Both the position numbers and the translations under genes were made by a program. A DNA stretch of 64,000 bases from Bradymonadia bacterium (GTDB taxonomy: Bacteria > Myxococcota_A > Bradymonadia > UBA7976 > UBA1532): NCBI GenBank assembly GCA_046290225.1, contig JBKAGE010000034.1, forward strand, positions 1 through 64,000. Reading direction: 5' to 3'. Numbering within the stretch: the stretch's first letter is position 1; each line of letters opens with the position of its first letter. This document shows positions 58,061 through 64,000 of the stretch, one piece after another. Under the pieces are notes generated by a model. The model did not search any database, was not told where the DNA came from, and saw only the letters and a program-made list of their open reading frames with translations.

Positions 58061-58896
58061 TCGGTCGATGCCTGACCGCGGCGCTCCTGCTCACGCTGGG
58101 GGCGGTCTCAGCTCAGGGCGGGACCGCCGCAGAAGAGCCACCCACAACCGATCTGTACACATTGCTCGGCCAGTGCCCTCATCTGGCCCTCGTGACCCCG
58201 AGCGCCCCCAACGGCCAGGGCACCATGGCCGGCGCCGTGGTGCACGATCTCACAGGCAGCTGGCCCGAGCTGATCACCTTCAAGGGGCGAGCCCTCGACC
58301 TCGAAGAAGGCGACCTGGCCCTCGCGGTGGCCTGCACCCCAGAGCCCCCTGCAGCCGGTCGACCCACGGTCCTCGGTGGCCCGATCCTCAAGGTGCGTCG
58401 CGGCCTCGTGCGGCCCGCCATCACGTTCCTCGAAGACTGGCAGTCAGAGCTCAAGACGGCCCCCACGGCGCAGCTGGACGCCTGGCTCAGCCACCTGACG
58501 CACCCCTGGGCCCCCGCCCGAGAGGTGGCCTTTCGGGCCCTCATGGCCCACCGACGGGCCCTCAAGGGCAGGCTGATGGATGGTCAGATGGACGCCCTCG
58601 GCGAGATGCTGGTGGCCCCGGAGCGCCCTGCAGGCGCGGGCCCTCAGATCATCCGAGTGCTCGGGGCCCTCACAGGTCAGGAGGGCGCCAACATGCTCGC
58701 GGCGAAACTGCCCTACATTCAGGGTCGCCGGGCCCAGCACGAGGCGGTCCGCATGCTGGCCCGATACCCGTCCCCCATGGGCCGGAGGGCCTTGGATCGG
58801 TGTCTCAAGACCGGAGGCTCCGTGCTGGCAGCGCATTGTCGGCGGGCGTTGTTGAAGATGCCCGGGGGGGCCGGGCCCAAGGGGGCGGGTCGCTGA
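58057..58896 (+). CDS. hypothetical exported protein with helical (HEAT-like) C-terminus
   Basis: ATGA overlap with the upstream gene; signal peptide MIGRCLTAALLLTLGAVSAQG. Confidence 0.6.
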   Translation: MIGRCLTAALLLTLGAVSAQGGTAAEEPPTTDLYTLLGQCPHLALVTPSAPNGQGTMAGAVVHDLTGSWPELITFKGRALDLEEGDLALAVACTPEPPAAGRPTVLGGPILKVRRGLVRPAITFLEDWQSELKTAPTAQLDAWLSHLTHPWAPAREVAFRALMAHRRALKGRLMDGQMDALGEMLVAPERPAGAGPQIIRVLGALTGQEGANMLAAKLPYIQGRRAQHEAVRMLARYPSPMGRRALDRCLKTGGSVLAAHCRRALLKMPGGAGPKGAGR

Positions 58897-58918
58897 GCGC
58901 GGGCGCCCAGAGGACCTC

Positions 58919-59833
58919 TCAGTCCACCTGCATCATGCCCTTGAGCTGAGCGAGGCGGGCGTCGAGCTCGTCGTCCTGCAGCGAGAGCAGCCGCTCGAGG
59001 CTGAAGCCCTCCACGGTGAAGCTCGCCATCACCGTACCGGTGAGCACCCCACGCTTGAAGGCGTTGAAGTCCAGCTCTTCCGACTTGGCCAGGGCGCCCA
59101 TGAGGCCGCCGGCGAAGGTGTCGCCGGCGCCGGTGGGATCGAGCACGTCGCGCAGGGGCACGGCGGGGGCACAGAAGATGCCCTCGGGGTGGAACAGCAT
59201 GGCGCCGTACTCGCCCCGCTTGATGATGAGCATCTTGGGGCCCATGGCCCGAATGCGATCAGCGGCCCGCAGGATGTTGCTCTCGCCGCTGAGCTGACGC
59301 GCCTCACCATCATTGATGATCAGCAGATCGATGCGGCTGAGCACGTTCACCAGCTCGTCGCGCTTGCTGGTGATCCAGAAGTTCATCGTGTCCATGGCCA
59401 CGAGGTGCGGATGATCGACCTGATCGAGCACCTTCAGCTGCAGCACGGGATCGATGTTCCCCAAGAACAGCAGCTCCTTCTTACGGTGCGCCTCGGGGAT
59501 CTGCGGATCGAACTGCTCGAAGACGTTGAGGTGCGTCTCCAGGGTCTGGGCCTCGTTGAGGTTCTCGCCATAGCGACCCTTCCAGCGGAAGGTCTTGCCC
59601 CCCTCGACGATCTCGAGGCCGTCGAGGTTGATGCCCCGGCTGCGGAGCATGTGGGTGTGGGCGTCGGGGAAGTCGTCACCGACCACGGCGACGAGGGAGA
59701 CATCCGCGAAGGCGCTGGCGGTCACGCTGGAGTAGGTGGCGGAGCCACCAAGGCACTCGTCGCGGTGGCCGTGGGGGGTCTCGAGGCTGTCGAAGGCCAC
59801 GCTGCCGACGACCAGAATCTCACGCTTGCTCAT
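58919..59833 (-). CDS. PfkB-family sugar/nucleoside kinase
   Basis: VVGSVAFD; LGGSATY; DTMNFWI; DPTGAGDTFAGG. Confidence 0.93.
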   Translation of the reverse strand: MSKREILVVGSVAFDSLETPHGHRDECLGGSATYSSVTASAFADVSLVAVVGDDFPDAHTHMLRSRGINLDGLEIVEGGKTFRWKGRYGENLNEAQTLETHLNVFEQFDPQIPEAHRKKELLFLGNIDPVLQLKVLDQVDHPHLVAMDTMNFWITSKRDELVNVLSRIDLLIINDGEARQLSGESNILRAADRIRAMGPKMLIIKRGEYGAMLFHPEGIFCAPAVPLRDVLDPTGAGDTFAGGLMGALAKSEELDFNAFKRGVLTGTVMASFTVEGFSLERLLSLQDDELDARLAQLKGMMQVD

Positions 59834-60762
59834 GACTGCTCCTCGCCTGCTGATGAGGCCTCAGAGTCGGAGTTGACGGGCCCTTCGGGCCACAGGTAAC
59901 GGCCGACGAGCAGGTCCACGCGGGCCCGGGTCTCGGCAGGAATCAAATCGGGGCTGGTCATCACGGCCATGCCGCCCCCGAGGGCTTCGTGGGCCGGCCA
60001 GGTCTCGTGGCCCACCTCGGCGAGCTTCACCACCGCCTTGCGGATGACCTGCTTCGCCGTGGCCACGTTCTGCTTGATGATGGCGATGACCGCCTCGACG
60101 CTCACGTCGTCGTGGCCCTCGTACCAGCAATCGTAGTCCGTGGCCAGGGCGAGGGTGGCGTAGGCGATCTCCGCCTCACGGGCGAGTCGACACTCCGGCA
60201 CGTTGGTCATGCCCACGACGTTGGCGCCCCACTGGCGGAACAGATGGCTCTCGGCGCGGGTGCTGAAGGTGGGCCCCTCGATGCACACGTAGGTGCCGCC
60301 GTTGTGCACCGTGGCCCCCTGAGCCGTCGCGGCCTCGAAGAGCACGGCCTGCAGCTCCGGCGAAACCGGATCGGCAAACTGGACATGGCCCACGATGCCG
60401 CCTTCGAAGAAGGTCCGAGGGCGATCGGTAGTGCGATCAATGAACTGATCGACGCACACCAGATGCCCGGGCACGATCTCCTCCTGGAGGGAGCCCACGG
60501 CGGAGACGCTGATCAGGTGCCGTACGCCGAGCTTCTTGAAGCCCCAGATGTTGGCCCTGAAGTTCAGCTCGCTCGGGGAGATGCGGTGCCCACGACCGTG
60601 ACGGGCGAGGAAGACCACCTCCACCCCGTCGAGGGTGCCGCGGATGTACGCATCAGAGGGGTCACCGTAGGGGGTCTGGAGGGTGATCTCCTCCACGTTC
60701 TCGATGCCCTCGATCTCGTACAACCCGCTGCCGCCGATGACGCCGACGACCAGATCAGACAT
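59830..60762 (-). CDS. mtnP: S-methyl-5'-thioadenosine phosphorylase
   Basis: GVIGGSGLY; RHGRGH; ANIW; EGPTFSTRAES; GMTNVPE; TDYDCW. Confidence 0.95.
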   Translation of the reverse strand: MSDLVVGVIGGSGLYEIEGIENVEEITLQTPYGDPSDAYIRGTLDGVEVVFLARHGRGHRISPSELNFRANIWGFKKLGVRHLISVSAVGSLQEEIVPGHLVCVDQFIDRTTDRPRTFFEGGIVGHVQFADPVSPELQAVLFEAATAQGATVHNGGTYVCIEGPTFSTRAESHLFRQWGANVVGMTNVPECRLAREAEIAYATLALATDYDCWYEGHDDVSVEAVIAIIKQNVATAKQVIRKAVVKLAEVGHETWPAHEALGGGMAVMTSPDLIPAETRARVDLLVGRYLWPEGPVNSDSEASSAGEEQS

Positions 60763-60836
60763 GTGTGCCTCTTCGTGTGGTGAGTGATGAAGATGGTGCT
60801 GAGATGCGCGCCGTGGGTGCCTTCACTGCAAGGCCC

Positions 60837-61982
60837 TCATTGCAGGGGTCGCTGACGATCGACATCGGCCACCACAGCGGCGATGGCCGCATCGGCCACG
60901 GCGACTGCAGCCTCGTCGATCTCCTCGTCTTCGGGGCGTGCCCCGAGCTGTCCGCAGGCGGCGTCGATGTCGAGGCCCCGGCTCATGCGCACGGTGACGC
61001 GGATACCGGCGTTGAGCAGAATCCGCTGAAAGCGCCGCACCCGCTCGTCGGGGGGCCGCTGATAGTTCGGCCCGGCGAAGGGGTTCCACTGCAACAGGTT
61101 CAGCCGCGCGTTGGGCAACTGCCGCATGATCTTCACCAGCCGGCGCGCGTCGTCGTCGCTGTCGTTGACCTCGTGGAGCAACACGTACTCCAGGGTCATC
61201 TTCCGGCGAGGGGGCAGCGGGTAGGCCTTCAGGGCCTCGACGAGATCAGGGATCTTGTAGCGCTTGTTGATGGGCATCACCCGATCCCGGGTGTCATCAT
61301 CGCTGGCGTTGAGGCTCACGGCGAGGTTCACCGGCGTGGCGCCGCCGAGGCGAGCGATCTGGGGCACCAGCCCGCTGGTGCTCACGGTGATGCGTCGCTC
61401 GGAGAAATCCTGACCGTCGGGATCGCACAGCCTGCGGATGCTCTCCACCACCCCATCGAGGTTGTGCAGGGGCTCACCCATGCCCATGTAGACGAGGTGG
61501 CTGATGCGGGCCCCCTCGGGGAGCACCTGACGCGCTTTGAGCACCTGGTCGACGATCTCGCCCACGGTGAGGTGGCGGGCGAGGCCCAGGGTGGCGGTGT
61601 AGCAGAACGTGCACCCGAGGGCGCAGCCCACCTGGCTCGACAAGCACTGGGTGAACTTCCCAGGCTCCATCATGATGAGCACGCTCTCGATGACCGCGCC
61701 GTCTTCCGTCTTGAGGGCCACCTTGCGGGTGCCATCGCTGGACTCGGCCACCTTGTCCACAGTGAGCCGACCCACCGTCCAGCCTGCCTCGGCGAGGGCT
61801 GCCCTGAGCGTCTTGGGCAGGTTGGTCATCTCGTCGAGGTGGTTGGCCCCCTTCTGGAAGACCCATTGATACAGCTGGCCAGCGCGGTACTTCGGCTGCC
61901 CGAGCTCGGCCATGAGATCCACCATGGCCTCACGGGTGAGCTCCGTGAGGTTGTGTGTGGGCACGACGGGACGGATCGCCAT
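60837..61982 (-). CDS. rlmN: 23S rRNA m2A2503 / tRNA radical-SAM methyltransferase
   Basis: CLSSQVGCALGCTFC; MGMGEPLHN; EYVLL; DIDAACGQL. Confidence 0.96.
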   Translation of the reverse strand: MAIRPVVPTHNLTELTREAMVDLMAELGQPKYRAGQLYQWVFQKGANHLDEMTNLPKTLRAALAEAGWTVGRLTVDKVAESSDGTRKVALKTEDGAVIESVLIMMEPGKFTQCLSSQVGCALGCTFCYTATLGLARHLTVGEIVDQVLKARQVLPEGARISHLVYMGMGEPLHNLDGVVESIRRLCDPDGQDFSERRITVSTSGLVPQIARLGGATPVNLAVSLNASDDDTRDRVMPINKRYKIPDLVEALKAYPLPPRRKMTLEYVLLHEVNDSDDDARRLVKIMRQLPNARLNLLQWNPFAGPNYQRPPDERVRRFQRILLNAGIRVTVRMSRGLDIDAACGQLGARPEDEEIDEAAVAVADAAIAAVVADVDRQRPLQ

Positions 61983-62103
61983 GGTGACTCCTCGCTGAGG
62001 GCCCGTTCAGGGGCTACAGAACCCCTGCAGGGTACCGATCAGCGGTGTAGGGTCAAGTGTGCGGCCTGATGGCGGCCATGGAGAGGCGGGCCGAGAGGGC
62101 GCT

Positions 62104-62529
62104 TCAGCGGCTGTAGATCTCGGTGCTGCGGAAGAAGTAGGCGATCTCCACCGCGGCGGTCTCGGGGGCGTCGGAGCCGTGCACGGTGTTGGCGTCGATG
62201 CTCTTGGCGTAGAGCTTGCGGATGGTGCCCTCGGCGGCGTCGGCGGGGTTGGTGGCGCCCATGATCTCACGGTACTTCGTGATGGCGCTCTCGCCCTCGA
62301 GCACGCTCACGACCACGGGGCCGGAGATCATGAACTCGACGAGATCGTTGAAGAAGGGGCGCTCCTTGTGCACCGCGTAGAAGCCCTCGGCCTCGGCGCG
62401 GGAGAGGTGCTGCATGCGGGTGGCGATCACCTTGAGGCCGGACTCCTCGATGTGGGCGAAGATGCGGCCCACGAGGTTGCGGGCGACGCCGTCGGGCTTG
62501 ATGATGCTGAAAGTACGCTCGATGGCCAT
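62104..62529 (-). CDS. ndk: nucleoside diphosphate kinase
   Basis: [28 protein letters not shown]. Confidence 0.97.
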   Translation of the reverse strand: MAIERTFSIIKPDGVARNLVGRIFAHIEESGLKVIATRMQHLSRAEAEGFYAVHKERPFFNDLVEFMISGPVVVSVLEGESAITKYREIMGATNPADAAEGTIRKLYAKSIDANTVHGSDAPETAAVEIAYFFRSTEIYSR

Positions 62530-62560
62530 GTTGGGCTCCTTCATCGCCCGGCGCGTGGCC

Positions 62561-62613
62561 CGTCACAGGGGCGTCACCGGGGCGTCATGGGCCCGGTCGT
62601 CACGGGCCCGTCA
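62561..62613. repeat. five CGTCA/TGACG direct repeats upstream of ndk
   Basis: CGTCA at 62561, 62572, 62583, 62598 and 62609 (spacing 11, 11, 15, 11). Confidence 0.65.
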
Positions 62614-64000
62614 GTCTTGCGGGCGCGGAGTATGCCCACTCCCCTGGCTGAGGGCAAGTGTCGCGGACACGCCGCTTGCCGAAGGCCCCGCCTCGGCGAC
62701 GATCCCCTGCTCCACCGCGATGAGCTGCTCGGGCAAATGCGTCTTCCACCAGCGGTGGGCTGCCCCCCGATGCCATGGGGTCTCCAGGCTGCGCTCCACC
62801 TCGGCGAGGGCCCGGCCGAGGCTCACCATGTCCTCGTATCGATCGTCAGGCTCTCGGGCAAGGCACCGCTCGAGGATCTTCGCCAGAGCCGGCGGGGGCG
62901 GATCCTCGCACATCTCCTCAAGAGACGGAGGGTTGCCCTGGATGTGGTGGAGGATCACCTCCATCGGGGTCTTGCCCGTGTAGACGTGTCGCCCGCTGAG
63001 CAGCCAGTAGCCGACACACCCCACGGCGTACATGTCCGCGCGGCCGTCGATCACCCCCTCGCCCATGGCCACCTCGGGGGCCATCCACGCCGGCGTGCCC
63101 GCGATGACCCCTTCGCCGGTGAGGCCCACATCTACAGCCTCCGCCTGGCGAAGCCGCACGAGGCCAAAGTCGAGCACCTTCACCAGATCGCACTGCAAGC
63201 CCACGGGGGTGATGATGGCGTTGGCGGGCTTGATGTCGCGATGGATCAACCCTCGCATGTGGGCCTCGGCCAGGGCGTCACACATCTGCCGCAGGATCCG
63301 GATCGCCCGGCTCGGCGGCACGGGGCCAAAACGCTCGACAAGGGCGTCGAGATCGATGCCCTCGAGCAGCTCCATGGCGTAGTAGAACGTGCCGTCCTCG
63401 GTGACGCCGTAGTCGTAGATCTCCACAGTGTGCGGGCTGCGCAGGCTCGCAGTGGCCTGAGCCTCTCGTTCGAAGCGCACCCGGGGGGTGGTGCCGTCGC
63501 TGTGGTTGCTCGCCATGGCGCTCTGCTTGATGAGCTTGATGGCTGCCGGACGGGCGAGCAGGTTGTGGCGGGCCACCCACACCTCGCCCATCCCGCCACG
63601 ACCGAGCAGGCGCTCGAGCCGATAGCTGCCCATGGCCCGGGCCTCGGAGACCGATCGACCGAGCTGCCGCACCACGTGAGCGGGGATCAACGACATCACC
63701 GAGCCCAAGGTGATGGAGACGAACATCTGCCGGTAGATGTCCGGGGAGGGCTCGGTCCAGCCCCAGTGGTCGAACAACCACAGCACCAGAGGTGCCGTGG
63801 CGGCGGTGACGACTGTGGAGACGGCGGCGAGCCGCATGGGCAAAGGTACGATGGTGGGGAACAAGAGCAGCCAGGCCACCACCGGCGGCAACCCCGTTGG
63901 TCGCATCTCAGGCGTGAGCGCGGGGATGGCGGCGATGACGGAGATGCCTGCGCCGACCCCGATCTTGTAGAGAACCGCCACCCGGATGAGCTTGGTGCCC
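62611..64000 (-). CDS. membrane-anchored Ser/Thr protein kinase (5' end outside the window)
   Basis: TM helices followed by LGRGGMGEV, AAIK, HRDIKPAN, DFG, GTPAWMAPE; the frame stays open to the window edge. Confidence 0.93.
   Translation of the reverse strand, partial: GTKLIRVAVLYKIGVGAGISVIAAIPALTPEMRPTGLPPVVAWLLLFPTIVPLPMRLAAVSTVVTAATAPLVLWLFDHWGWTEPSPDIYRQMFVSITLGSVMSLIPAHVVRQLGRSVSEARAMGSYRLERLLGRGGMGEVWVARHNLLARPAAIKLIKQSAMASNHSDGTTPRVRFEREAQATASLRSPHTVEIYDYGVTEDGTFYYAMELLEGIDLDALVERFGPVPPSRAIRILRQMCDALAEAHMRGLIHRDIKPANAIITPVGLQCDLVKVLDFGLVRLRQAEAVDVGLTGEGVIAGTPAWMAPEVAMGEGVIDGRADMYAVGCVGYWLLSGRHVYTGKTPMEVILHHIQGNPPSLEEMCEDPPPPALAKILERCLAREPDDRYEDMVSLGRALAEVERSLETPWHRGAAHRWWKTHLPEQLIAVEQGIVAEAGPSASGVSATLALSQGSGHTPRPQD

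Overview
GC-rich bacterial chromosomal window, most likely Myxococcota/deltaproteobacterial. This taxonomy is inferred from Cys-rich vWA lipoproteins, an AgmX/TonB_C-like lipoprotein, a Hanks-type Ser/Thr kinase, a sigma54 two-component system and the tRNA-Val...rpmI-rplT-pheST-ihfA-merR-tRNA-Pro-surE-nlpD-apt-tRNA-Arg block. Left to right it holds: two tandem near-identical vWA lipoprotein genes; a UPF0104 membrane protein; tRNA-Cys; a 530-bp structured inverted-repeat element; a ~14-kb minus-strand copper-type locus (degenerate RpoD-like gene, histidine kinase, sigma54 activator, sigma54 promoter, cupredoxin lipoprotein, TolC, CusB, CusA) ending in an unusual lipoprotein that fuses a five-CxxCH cytochrome c to a complete multicopper oxidase; thrABC; polA; an Rnl2/DRB0094-type RNA ligase behind an attenuator-like leader; a GMC oxidoreductase/Tat subunit/APH operon; truC; nudC; a DUF2760(GrpE-like)-Hsp70-Hsp70 triad; transport and housekeeping genes; three more tRNAs; and a truncated Ser/Thr kinase. 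The best candidate for an undescribed system is the multiheme cytochrome-multicopper oxidase fusion with its sigma54-driven copper operon. All calls come from reading motifs by eye; no database searches were run. Many start codons were re-picked downstream of the ORF-track starts using RBS or signal-peptide evidence.
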